Shown: positions 49,062 through 58,346 of the stretch, one piece after another
Numbering within the stretch: the stretch's first letter is position 1
Layout: the number at the start of each line of letters is the position of its first letter
Origin: an uncultured euryarchaeote
GTDB lineage: Archaea; Thermoplasmatota; Poseidoniia; Poseidoniales; Poseidoniaceae
Direction of reading: 5' to 3'
NCBI GenBank assembly: GCA_964001175.1
Contig: CAXFAS010000006.1
Span: 6,237-70,236 of the forward strand
DNA length: 64,000 nucleotides
Notes under the pieces: model-generated
What the model was told of the DNA's origin: nothing
The model's database searches: none
Seen by the model: the letters and a program-made list of their open reading frames with translations, nothing else
Program-made: the position numbers and the translations under genes

Positions 49062-51761
49062 ATGAGTATGTTAAATAACAGCAAGATGATGCTTGGTGCC
49101 GCTTTGGCACTATTAGTTTTGAGTGCCCCTTTGTCGATGCTTTCGACAGGTGCGGTTGAAGGCGCAGTGGAAGAAAATTTTGAAACATTCCCTGCAGATA
49201 ATGCCTGTGCAAATGATGATTGTACAGAAGCAGAAGAAGATTGGGCAACAAGCACTGGTGAAAGAAGTTACTACGCTTGGAATCTAACCAATCCAGGCGC
49301 TGCAGAACCAGTGTATGAACAGGTAGGTCCTTTTGATTATGATATCACTTACACACGTGAAATCATTGATTTCAATGAGTCTGCTGGAACCCTAACTTAC
49401 AGTGAATCTAAGGTTTACACATGTGCTGAAGACACAAGAACCGCCTGTGATACTGAGGTTACTACAACCAATATTCCATTCCAACCACAAGTTGTTGGAG
49501 CAACAGGACTAGCAATTTCTGGAATCATGGATCTTACTAAGGCCGGATTCGCTGCAGGAGCAATCAACAATGAGATGACTTCATTCAGTGCTGGTAAAGC
49601 AACTGCTGACGGTCTTGCAACCACTTACGGTGGTATCCAAGCTGGAGCAATGACCGGTGGAGCAGCAGTCGATGCAGGAACAGCTTCAACGATGATTGGT
49701 GTTGGTTATTATGACGCTTTTGACGCATTCTTTGCCGCATCCAACATGTCCGGAATGGGCGCCGTAACATACACACAAGCAATCCAAGGACAACAAGCAG
49801 CTTCCGGTGGAGTAACCTTCGCAGGTAACTCATCAATTACCAATATGTCTTACGCATTCGACTCCGCAATGATGCCAACAGGTGAAGATGTTTCACTAAC
49901 TGGAATGGTCGGTGTTATGGTCCTTTCTGGACACTGTAATGCATTCCCAACAGCAACCTATGATGAAGTAATGGCTGACGCAGCAAATGGCTTTGAAAAC
50001 GTTGGAACTATGCAAAGAGCCAGTATCTGGGGATTCACAGTAATGGCAAGTGAATCCATGCCTGATGTTAACGCTACTATTGCCAACGACTGGGCTCTGT
50101 GCTTCGGCGTTGGCGGCACATTCGCTAACACTCATGGTGGCGGTGATGACGGATGGTTTACTGACCAAACTGGTACTGCTATCAATGCATCAACTCGTAT
50201 GATGAATTATCTTGGAGTAGATATTGACAATGCAGTAGCAATGAATCTATTGTTTGGAGGTCAAGGCGATGCAGTTCCAACTGGTCTGTTAGCAACCGAC
50301 GCAGTTGGTAGTGATTCAGCAACAGCATTCGGTGTTGCAACATTCATTGGAATGGACGCTGCAACCGCAATGACCACTTACAGTTTAGATATGGCACAAT
50401 ATGGTGCAATCGCCACATGGGTTGGCGGATGGCTTACCAGTCAATCCGCACTACCAATGGTTCTTCTAGGCGGTTCAGGAACAATAACTGCTGAGGAATT
50501 CGTTAACGTCACTCTTGGTGGACAAGACCCAATTAATGGGGGCTATCTAACTTACAGCCTAAACCTAGGTGGAGCATGGGGTACAGCATTAATGCCTACA
50601 TCACCTCAAGGTACTCCGGTATCTGTTGATGCAGCAACTGCTGGAAACTTGCTATACGGACCACTTGGAATTACCACATCAACTGGAGCTGGTTTATTCC
50701 TATACGGTGAACTATTTGGTGAAACTCCTCCTATTGACCTACAAACAATGTCACCTGGAGCGCCGATGACTTGGGATGAAACTACAGTTTCAGCAATCTA
50801 CGGAATTGACGCAAATGCTGCCGCAGCACTAAGAATTATGCTAAGAGATGTAGTATACGATGACTTTGTACCAGGTTTCCTAGTAGGATTAGGTAGTGAT
50901 GGTCAATACAAGACACAAACTGTAAACGAGTGGCTATATGGTTGGAGAGATCCAGTAAGCGCTTTCGTTGCTGGTGATATAACCAATATGTCTCTAGGTT
51001 GGACTAAACTAGAAACTAACCAAACCTACTACGGTTCTGGCGGTGTTTCAACTGGACCTGCAACAACTTACACAATTTGTACCGGACACAACTCAGACTG
51101 TGACAAAGGAGAGACACTTCTTGAAGATGGCTCCAACGAACTATCTTGGCACAGCACACAAATGATGATGGCTACATTCGGCTTAGTTGGCGTTGAAACT
51201 TTGAATGAAACCACTGGTGGATTCCTAACTGGTGATGGTGACAAGGTTGATGCTGGTGGCTATGCGATAACAGCAGTAACCTGTTCAGGAACTAGTGAAG
51301 TCAAGAATATTCCAGTTGATGATTGTTCTGCATCTGTTGACCCAACAACACGACCAATTACTGCTAAACTAATCAAGTCATTTACTTTAGTAGATGCAAT
51401 TGTCCCTGCTTTACCTGTTTACTTCGGTACTGAAATTAACATGCAAGCAGAGCAACTATCTGGATTGATTATCGCTGGTGATTCAACTTCTACTTTCTAC
51501 CTAGATATGAGAGGCCCATATGATAGAGCAACTGCGCCACAAATGAGCGACTTGCAACCAGTATTCCAAATCGTACAATCCTCTGAGATTGCTGATGATG
51601 ATGCAGAGGATATGGAAAGTTCCATTGTAACCAATCAAAATGGTTTGAGTTACTGGACTAACTTCGATGTTCCTACTGACTACATTGCACTACTATTGTA
51701 CCTTGGTGCAGTTGCATGTCTAGTTCTTGCTGTTATGGCAATGAACAAAGAAGAAGAGTGA
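49062..51761 (+). CDS. CD36/LIMP-2/SR-B-family-like membrane glycoprotein homologue with a ~470-aa Ala/Gly/Thr-rich insertion
   Basis: N- and C-terminal hydrophobic anchors. Three blocks resemble CD36-family signatures as I recall them (YFFNVTNP...EVGPYTY...NI.F.DNGT.S; TV.ELLWGYKD; the PHF...F.DI.P.TG region). They are SYYAWNLTNPGAAEPVYEQVGPFDYDITYTREIIDFNESAGTLTYS...TTNIPFQPQV; TQTVNEWLYGWRDPVSAFV; and LPVYFGTEINMQAE...TFYLDMRGPY...LQPVFQIVQS. Confidence 0.5.
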   Translation: MSMLNNSKMMLGAALALLVLSAPLSMLSTGAVEGAVEENFETFPADNACANDDCTEAEEDWATSTGERSYYAWNLTNPGAAEPVYEQVGPFDYDITYTREIIDFNESAGTLTYSESKVYTCAEDTRTACDTEVTTTNIPFQPQVVGATGLAISGIMDLTKAGFAAGAINNEMTSFSAGKATADGLATTYGGIQAGAMTGGAAVDAGTASTMIGVGYYDAFDAFFAASNMSGMGAVTYTQAIQGQQAASGGVTFAGNSSITNMSYAFDSAMMPTGEDVSLTGMVGVMVLSGHCNAFPTATYDEVMADAANGFENVGTMQRASIWGFTVMASESMPDVNATIANDWALCFGVGGTFANTHGGGDDGWFTDQTGTAINASTRMMNYLGVDIDNAVAMNLLFGGQGDAVPTGLLATDAVGSDSATAFGVATFIGMDAATAMTTYSLDMAQYGAIATWVGGWLTSQSALPMVLLGGSGTITAEEFVNVTLGGQDPINGGYLTYSLNLGGAWGTALMPTSPQGTPVSVDAATAGNLLYGPLGITTSTGAGLFLYGELFGETPPIDLQTMSPGAPMTWDETTVSAIYGIDANAAAALRIMLRDVVYDDFVPGFLVGLGSDGQYKTQTVNEWLYGWRDPVSAFVAGDITNMSLGWTKLETNQTYYGSGGVSTGPATTYTICTGHNSDCDKGETLLEDGSNELSWHSTQMMMATFGLVGVETLNETTGGFLTGDGDKVDAGGYAITAVTCSGTSEVKNIPVDDCSASVDPTTRPITAKLIKSFTLVDAIVPALPVYFGTEINMQAEQLSGLIIAGDSTSTFYLDMRGPYDRATAPQMSDLQPVFQIVQSSEIADDDAEDMESSIVTNQNGLSYWTNFDVPTDYIALLLYLGAVACLVLAVMAMNKEEE

Positions 51762-51793
51762 ATAACTGTTCAAAGCGACTCATCTTTCAATAG

Positions 51794-52966
51794 GTGAGAG
51801 CCCTTGGTCTAGCCATGGCCAAGCGAGTAATGCTAGTTAGAGGAGGTGTCCTTGGCCGTAATTCAGGCTTAGGTTCTGCTCATCATAATTTAGCAGATTT
51901 ACTAGGTTCAGGCAGTATTCCAGGGTGGGAAACTGATTCTGTATGTGAGTATGAATTATCCTCAAGAGCATCTCCAATTCTGCGCCTATGGAAACGTTGG
52001 TTTTCTCACCCTAGAGCAGTTAAAAAAGCTATATCTAAGTCTATTTCCAAGGGTTCTTGTGATTTGATTCATATCACCGATCAAGAACAGGCACATCTGA
52101 TTCCTAAAAATTCTAAGTTACCAGTTGTAGTTACAGTCCACGATTTATTTCATTTATTTCCTACAAAAATGACATTGGGTGAACAAGAAATTGATATTGG
52201 TGAACAGAATCCTCCTAGTTATCGTCGTCGTGATATTAAGAAATTGAAAAGAGGTCTTGCACGTGCAGATTTACTCATTTGTGATTCTAACGCAACTTTG
52301 CGAGATTGCCAAAAGCATTTTCCAAATGTTAAATCGATATGTGTCCCTTTAGGAATTGATGTTTCATCTTATTCACCAAATAATCGAACTATTCAGGTAG
52401 AACCAATCAATGATAGATGCAATCTTTTGATTGTAGGTAGTAATGACCCAAGAAAGAGAATGGAATTTATCTGTAAAATATTAGGTTCAATAGAATCATC
52501 AATACTTAATGAATTACAAATTCATCATGTGGGGCTAGGAGAAAGTAATTTTGGACAACCTGCAATTATTGATTTGGCTCTACAAAATAAAGTCAATAAT
52601 TGGACAGGACATGGACCTTCAGTTAGCGAGTCTAAACTTATGCAGTTAAGAGACATCAGTGAATGTCTATTATTTCCTTCAGCGAGCGAAGGCTTTGGTT
52701 ATCCTCCATTAGAGGCATTGGCAAGTGGTTTACCTGTTATGTGTGCTGATTTACCTTCACATAATGAATTGATGCCAGAGGATTACTACTTACCTGCCGA
52801 TGATATGTCTTCTTGGAAAGATTCTATCATTGAAGTATACCAAACTTGGAAGAGTCGTGGCGGTAAGCCTCGACAATTTTCAATCGAGTTAGTTGAGCAT
52901 GCTAAAAAGTTTGATAATACTGTATTCTCCTCAAGGATGGCTGATGCATATAATTCCCTAGGCTGA
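51794..52966 (+). CDS. Family 4 glycosyltransferase
   Basis: C-terminal FPSASEGFGYPPLEALASGLPVMC (EX7E motif) in a GT-B layout. GTG start; alternative ATG at 51815. Confidence 0.75.
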   Translation: MRALGLAMAKRVMLVRGGVLGRNSGLGSAHHNLADLLGSGSIPGWETDSVCEYELSSRASPILRLWKRWFSHPRAVKKAISKSISKGSCDLIHITDQEQAHLIPKNSKLPVVVTVHDLFHLFPTKMTLGEQEIDIGEQNPPSYRRRDIKKLKRGLARADLLICDSNATLRDCQKHFPNVKSICVPLGIDVSSYSPNNRTIQVEPINDRCNLLIVGSNDPRKRMEFICKILGSIESSILNELQIHHVGLGESNFGQPAIIDLALQNKVNNWTGHGPSVSESKLMQLRDISECLLFPSASEGFGYPPLEALASGLPVMCADLPSHNELMPEDYYLPADDMSSWKDSIIEVYQTWKSRGGKPRQFSIELVEHAKKFDNTVFSSRMADAYNSLG

Positions 52967-53005
52967 GGTATAACTCATTTTCTTTCGATAAAGTGGTAGA
53001 CTAAT

Positions 53006-53557
53006 CTACCAAGGGAATTTTACATTCCATAATATACCATCGAGGAATATACATTGTATACTCAGCATTACTGAACCTAGGAGCATGGTTCCTGCTCCTT
53101 CAACTCCATCTTGATATGCAGAGTAAGCAAGCAGTCCAAACATTATATTTCCAATTGAAGCAAGTGTGAGTATACCAATTACCAAAAACGGTGTCCAAGA
53201 ATAGTCATTATTCATATGAAATAGTGTACTTTCAAGCCATAGCATTGATGGTATCATGAACACACAATAAGTTAGCAGTAATCGATTGGCTCCTTTACCA
53301 TCCGATTCCCCCCAAGGCCAACGTAGATTATCGATCACAGAAGCATCAACGCTGTAGAGAATTGTCCACCAATACATTAGAAATCCAATGGCAGCAATAA
53401 ACATCCATGGTACAATGAATTTAGTCCAACTAAGAGGTATTCCGCCCCAAAGTGCTGTAGCATCATCAGATTTAGAAACCCCATAAACATATGATAAAAG
53501 TACTAAAATTCCAACAATTATGACGAATGTTCTAATGAACTGTCGTGTTATTTCCAT
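53006..53557 (-). CDS. Integral membrane protein of unknown function (about 5 TM)
   Basis: Hydrophobic helices throughout. No family recognised. Confidence 0.4.
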   Translation of the reverse strand: MEITRQFIRTFVIIVGILVLLSYVYGVSKSDDATALWGGIPLSWTKFIVPWMFIAAIGFLMYWWTILYSVDASVIDNLRWPWGESDGKGANRLLLTYCVFMIPSMLWLESTLFHMNNDYSWTPFLVIGILTLASIGNIMFGLLAYSAYQDGVEGAGTMLLGSVMLSIQCIFLDGILWNVKFPW

Positions 53558-53626
53558 AAGCCTTCGTCTTTAATTTAATAGATAAAGCGTTGCTCGCTTC
53601 CGTGTGCAATTTTCCGCATTATTCAT

Positions 53627-55741
53627 GTGCGGGCTTCAATTCGGCAGTTTATGCAACCGATTCAAAGTGTAGCGATTGTCGGCGCCGGAAATATGGGCTC
53701 AGGTATAGCTCAAAAATCTGCACAAGAAGAATTTGATGTCCAAATGGTAGATAGAGAGCAACAATGGGTTGAAAGAGGCCAAGGAATAATTTCAGATTTC
53801 TTGTCAGAGGCAGTCGAAAGAAGGATTTTTTCTCCACAACAAGTTGAAGATATTAAAGATCGAATTTCTGGAGTTATTGGAGTTGAAAATACTGCTTCTG
53901 ATACAGACCTAGTTATTGAAGCAGTTTTCGAGGATTTTGATATCAAAACCGCAGTATTCAACACCTTAGACGAAGTTTGTGGACCAGAAACAATTCTTGC
54001 ATCAAACACCTCGTCACTTTCTGTTAATGAATTGGCAGAAGCAACAGGAAGAGCTGACAGGTTTGTTGGGCTGCATTTCTTTTATCACCCAGCAAAAAAT
54101 AGGTTGATTGAAGTAATTCCAGCAAAGTCAACAAGTCAAGAAACTGTTGACAAAGTAGTCCAATACTGTAAGATGTTAGGTAAAGTTGTGATTGTGTGTG
54201 CTGATAGACCTGGATTTGTTGTTAACAGATTCTTTGTACCATGGTTAAATGAAGCCTGTTTATTACTTCAAGAGGGTGTTGCTAGTGCTGCTCAAATAGA
54301 TGCTGCTGCCTGTAAAGCATTCAAAATAGGCCTGGGTCCTTTTGGTTTGATGAATTTAACAGGACCTCCTATCGCTTTACATTCAACCGATTATTTAGCA
54401 GAGCAACTTGAGACTTCAAGATATACCGGTGCTAAGAATCTAAGAGACTTGATTGAATCAAATCAACAATGGGAAATTTCAGATGAAAAAGAATATTCAA
54501 GCGAACAATATGATATGATCTCAAAACGCCTTTATGGTGTAGTATTTGGAGTAGCTTCACAAATTGTTGATGAAGGAGTATGCTCTATGGAAGATGTAGA
54601 CAGAGGGGCTAAAGTTGGTCTTAGATGGGCCAAAGGTCCTTTCGAATTGATGAATAGAATAGGTGTAGGCAATGCCTATCAAATGGCGGAATCATATGCT
54701 GAATTATGTAAACTTTCAGAAGGTAGTAGTTCGTGGGAAGTTCCAGAATTTTTCAAGCAACAAGCGTCTTCAAATCAGCCTTGGGATTTTACTTATGTAG
54801 ATACAAACATCTCTAATGGAATTGCAACTTTAACAATAAATAGACCAGAAGCAATGAATGCTTTGAATGAAACAGTGGTTAACCAACTTACTAAAGCAAT
54901 CGATAAGGTAAATTCTGATGACTCAGTTAATACAATAGTAATAGATGGTGCTGGGAAAGCATTTGTTGCTGGTGCTGATGTGAAATTCTTTGTTGACAAG
55001 ATTAGAGCAGAATCAATCGATGATATCTATGAGTTTACTGCAAATGGTCATAAGATGTTGAATTCAATTGAAAACTCCTCTAAGACTACAGTTGCATTAA
55101 CTACAGGATTAGCATTAGGCGGAGGTCTTGAATTGGCTTTAAGTTGCGATTATAGAATTGGAACTAGAAGAACTCAATTTAGATTCCCTGAAACATCGAT
55201 AGGAATTTATCCAGGTCTGGGTGGTTCACAAAGACCTGCAAAGATTTGTGGTATTCCTGCAGCGAGATGGGCTGTTTTAGCAGGAAATTTCATGACTGCT
55301 GATATTGCTTTTGACTTAGGATTACTGACTCATCTTGTAGAAATTTCAGCCGTAGAGTCGTGTGTATCTAGTTGTTCAAAACTTGGAAAACCAGACAATA
55401 AATATCCAGGCAAGCCTGCAAAACAAGATAGTAAGATTGCAAATTTTGCTGCACAATTTTACAGTGACAAGAATATGGAATCATTACTTCAAGGAAAATG
55501 CCCTGAAGGCTTTGATAGTGAAGATAAATTAATTTCCAGACAATTAAAGAATCTCAAATTCACTGCACCAATTGCTCTTTCTATGGCTAGTGATTTGATC
55601 GATGCCACTGCAAGTAATTCACTTGCTGATGGGTTGGATATGGAATTGTCAAAATTACATGACATATTTGCAACAAATGATGCACTAGAAGGCTTATCTG
55701 CTCTGATAGAAGGACGTCGACCTACGTACAATAATTCTTGA
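53627..55741 (+). CDS. Fused 3-hydroxyacyl-CoA dehydrogenase (N-terminal) / enoyl-CoA hydratase (C-terminal)
   Basis: Rossmann VAIVGAGNMGSGIAQ, NTSSLS, HFFYHPAKNRLIEV and RPGFVVNRF. Then the crotonase block ITINRPEAMNAL...DGAGKAFVAGADVKFF...GGGLELALSCD. I recall the HAD-then-ECH order as the archaeal arrangement. Confidence 0.85.
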   Translation: MRASIRQFMQPIQSVAIVGAGNMGSGIAQKSAQEEFDVQMVDREQQWVERGQGIISDFLSEAVERRIFSPQQVEDIKDRISGVIGVENTASDTDLVIEAVFEDFDIKTAVFNTLDEVCGPETILASNTSSLSVNELAEATGRADRFVGLHFFYHPAKNRLIEVIPAKSTSQETVDKVVQYCKMLGKVVIVCADRPGFVVNRFFVPWLNEACLLLQEGVASAAQIDAAACKAFKIGLGPFGLMNLTGPPIALHSTDYLAEQLETSRYTGAKNLRDLIESNQQWEISDEKEYSSEQYDMISKRLYGVVFGVASQIVDEGVCSMEDVDRGAKVGLRWAKGPFELMNRIGVGNAYQMAESYAELCKLSEGSSSWEVPEFFKQQASSNQPWDFTYVDTNISNGIATLTINRPEAMNALNETVVNQLTKAIDKVNSDDSVNTIVIDGAGKAFVAGADVKFFVDKIRAESIDDIYEFTANGHKMLNSIENSSKTTVALTTGLALGGGLELALSCDYRIGTRRTQFRFPETSIGIYPGLGGSQRPAKICGIPAARWAVLAGNFMTADIAFDLGLLTHLVEISAVESCVSSCSKLGKPDNKYPGKPAKQDSKIANFAAQFYSDKNMESLLQGKCPEGFDSEDKLISRQLKNLKFTAPIALSMASDLIDATASNSLADGLDMELSKLHDIFATNDALEGLSALIEGRRPTYNNS

Positions 55742-55981
55742 TTAAGCCCACTTTCTCTGCATTGAAACTATACTTTGTACTAATTCTTCAAGGTTTAACT
55801 GTTCTTGATTTTCTTGAGCTAATTTAATTCCATTTCTTACAGCTTCAACTAATTCACGATTTGGTCTTTCATGAATCATATCTGTGATTACCTGTTCGAT
55901 TGTTTGTCCTTTACCATTTAGAATAGCCAGTCTTGCCTTCGCTAATTCTTCTTCATCTTTTGGTTCCCTTACTCCAGTCAT
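55742..55981 (-). CDS. Small (79 aa from MTGVREP) predicted all-helical protein, third gene of the E1-like/JAB cassette
   Basis: ATG 55981-55979 overlaps the JAB TGA (55980-55978) as ATGA, with GGAG upstream. The track ORF extends to 56026. No family recognised. Confidence 0.4.
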   Translation of the reverse strand: MTGVREPKDEEELAKARLAILNGKGQTIEQVITDMIHERPNRELVEAVRNGIKLAQENQEQLNLEELVQSIVSMQRKWA

Positions 55982-56535
55982 ACGATCTTCTCCATCAAAG
56001 TATTTTTTTCTAATGAGATATACCACTGTTTCCAGTTAACAATTTCCTCATCAGTCCACTGATTTAGTGGTCCAGATTGTGAAATTCTTTCACTATCTTC
56101 TTCAAATGTACAAAATGTTGAGTTCCTAGTTCTTTTGATTCCTGGAGCTCCAAGTACTAGTGCTGTTTCAATAATCATTGAACCCAGTGCTAAGCTATTA
56201 GTGTCTGTCGAACTCCAATATGCCATGAAACCAGGGTGGGTGTGAACCCATAGTTTGAATGGCGCCATGAAACCATGAGGGGCTTTGAGAATCACTCTTC
56301 CAGGATCTCCCCAATCTATTGAAACATTATCCTCACTATCGATTAGAACTGAGGTTTCAAGGCCAGCAAGTAGTGATAATGAGTATACAATATCCCATCT
56401 GCCTAATGAAGATGCATTTCTTTGAACCTCAAGCAGTACCGGACTTTCTACATCTCTCCTCTTTGCCAATTCACAAACATCAAACCACTGATTCTGTGTT
56501 ATTCCTAATTGTTCTAAATTTGGTATCTCTATCAT
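55978..56535 (-). CDS. JAB/MPN (JAMM) metalloprotease
   Basis: JAMM motif HTHPGFMAYWSSTD (HxHx7Sx2D) at 56203-56244, with upstream Glu (LLEVQRN). ATG 56535-56533 overlaps the E1-like TGA (ATGA), and AGGTGAT lies 5 nt upstream. The track start at 56622 lies inside the E1-like gene. Confidence 0.75.
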   Translation of the reverse strand: MIEIPNLEQLGITQNQWFDVCELAKRRDVESPVLLEVQRNASSLGRWDIVYSLSLLAGLETSVLIDSEDNVSIDWGDPGRVILKAPHGFMAPFKLWVHTHPGFMAYWSSTDTNSLALGSMIIETALVLGAPGIKRTRNSTFCTFEEDSERISQSGPLNQWTDEEIVNWKQWYISLEKNTLMEKIV

Positions 56536-57188
56536 TGTATCACCTTCTGTTTTTTGTTTATTTTTGGAAAACTCAATTGTCCAAAATTCATCGATCCCAT
56601 ACTTTGAATAGGTGCAGGGCAATTTCTAAGTTGTTGTAATGCCCATTGTGCTCCATATGAAGCAGCGATAGCAAATCCAAACTCTAGATTTCCAATTTCC
56701 AGCGCACCATCATGTTGACAACTTTTTGGTTCATGGTCAGGAGTCATCTGTGCAACTAGTTCTTTTTCTGATTCTGAAGACATGACTAGATACCCATCAC
56801 CACCACACCTCAAATCAATCCAAGGAATCTCTAATGAGTGAACTAGTCTTCTTGGTTCAGGTCTGTCGACACAAATAATCACTAAATCCGCCTCCTTCAA
56901 TTGATTGAGTTGACGAAAGTTTTCTGCTACACCTCTAACAATTACACCATCATCTTTGGAAGAGGAATATTTTGCTTCTAAACACTTTACTTTCGAACTT
57001 CCGATATCTGATTCAGTATATTTTTGATGTCCTAAATTAGTACTTTCAACAATATCTCCATCCATTATTATAATCTCACACCTCTGATTGATTCTCTTGA
57101 GTGCTGGAATTAGGAGGTCAACGGTTTGACTTCCAATTCCTCCTGCACCAATAATGGTTAGAATAGGATGATTATTATCACTAGACAT
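56532..57188 (-). CDS. Minimal ThiF/MoeB/E1-like adenylyltransferase (218 aa)
   Basis: ILTIIGAGGIGSQTVDLL (Rossmann), IIIMDGDIVESTNLGHQKY (the D.D.VE.SNL.RQ motif with His in place of Arg), DIGSSKV, and DLVIICVDRPEPRRLV (DN..R-like). I see no CxxC pairs, rhodanese or E2 domain. Confidence 0.7.
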   Translation of the reverse strand: MSSDNNHPILTIIGAGGIGSQTVDLLIPALKRINQRCEIIIMDGDIVESTNLGHQKYTESDIGSSKVKCLEAKYSSSKDDGVIVRGVAENFRQLNQLKEADLVIICVDRPEPRRLVHSLEIPWIDLRCGGDGYLVMSSESEKELVAQMTPDHEPKSCQHDGALEIGNLEFGFAIAASYGAQWALQQLRNCPAPIQSMGSMNFGQLSFPKINKKQKVIQ

Positions 57189-57274
57189 GCAAGCATATCA
57201 ATTCTACAGCATTTAAACAATTAACACCGGGAATCTTCGCCGACATTTGAAAAGGTGAATGCCTACGCAGGTTC

Positions 57275-58339
57275 ATGTCCGGCAAGGTGGCGATGATTAC
57301 CGGTGTAACTGGCCAAGATGGTTCCTATCTTGCAGAATTATTACTTTCAAAGGGATATACTGTTTATGGTTTAGTTAGGCGAGTATCCCAACCTGCTCTA
57401 GGTAGAAGTTTAATCAATCACTTGATTGATAATGATAATTTTCATTTGATGAATGGCGATTTAGCAGATCAAAATTCGATAGATAATGCTGTATCAACCA
57501 CTCAGCCTGAAGAATTTTACAACTTAGGTGCAATGTCCTTTGTTCCTGAATCTTGGAGGTCCCCAATGATGACTGCGGACATTACAGGACTAGGTGCTCT
57601 AAGATGTCTTGAGGCAATTCGTAAGCATGCTCCTGCGTGTAAATTTTATCAAGCGGGCTCTTCAGAACAATATGGAAAGGTAAGAGATGTGCCTCAAACA
57701 GAGAAGACACCTTTCCACCCTAGGTCTCCATATGGGTGTGCGAAAGTTTTCGCTTTTGAGATTACTAGGAATTACCGTGAATCATATGATATGTTTGCTT
57801 GTACTGGGATTCTATTTAATCATGAGAGTCCAAGGAGAGGACTTGAGTTTGTCACTCGAAAGGTGACAATGACCGCTGCAAGAATTGCTCATGGATTTGA
57901 TGAATGCTTATGGATTGGAAATGTAGAAGCGAAGAGAGATTGGGGATTTGCTGGAGACTACGTTGAAATGCAGTGGAGAATGCTTCAACAAGACAAACCT
58001 GGAGACTATGTAGTTGCAACTGGAAGAACACATAGTGTCAGAGACATGATATCACTCGCCTTTTCTCATGTTGGTATGAATTTGACATGGTCAGGAGAGG
58101 GAGTTGATACTATCGCTACTGATCAACAAGGCGAAGTTAGAGTTAGAACTAATCCCAAATTTTTCCGTCCTGCTGAGGTTGATTTATTGATTGGTGATGC
58201 ATCATTATCTCAGAAAGAATTGGGGTGGGTCCCCGAAACATCATTTGAAGAATTAGTTGCTATGATGGTTGATTCGGATATGAAAATAGTCCAAGAAGCA
58301 GTAGATGGAGGATATGCCCCTCCGACACCTCCAGAATGA
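57275..58339 (+). CDS. gmd: GDP-mannose 4,6-dehydratase
   Basis: MITGVTGQDGSYLAELLLSKGY, GSSEQYG, PRSPYGCAKVFAFEITRNYRESY, ILFNHESPRRG. Confidence 0.9.
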   Translation: MSGKVAMITGVTGQDGSYLAELLLSKGYTVYGLVRRVSQPALGRSLINHLIDNDNFHLMNGDLADQNSIDNAVSTTQPEEFYNLGAMSFVPESWRSPMMTADITGLGALRCLEAIRKHAPACKFYQAGSSEQYGKVRDVPQTEKTPFHPRSPYGCAKVFAFEITRNYRESYDMFACTGILFNHESPRRGLEFVTRKVTMTAARIAHGFDECLWIGNVEAKRDWGFAGDYVEMQWRMLQQDKPGDYVVATGRTHSVRDMISLAFSHVGMNLTWSGEGVDTIATDQQGEVRVRTNPKFFRPAEVDLLIGDASLSQKELGWVPETSFEELVAMMVDSDMKIVQEAVDGGYAPPTPPE

Positions 58340-58346
58340 TGGAGAA

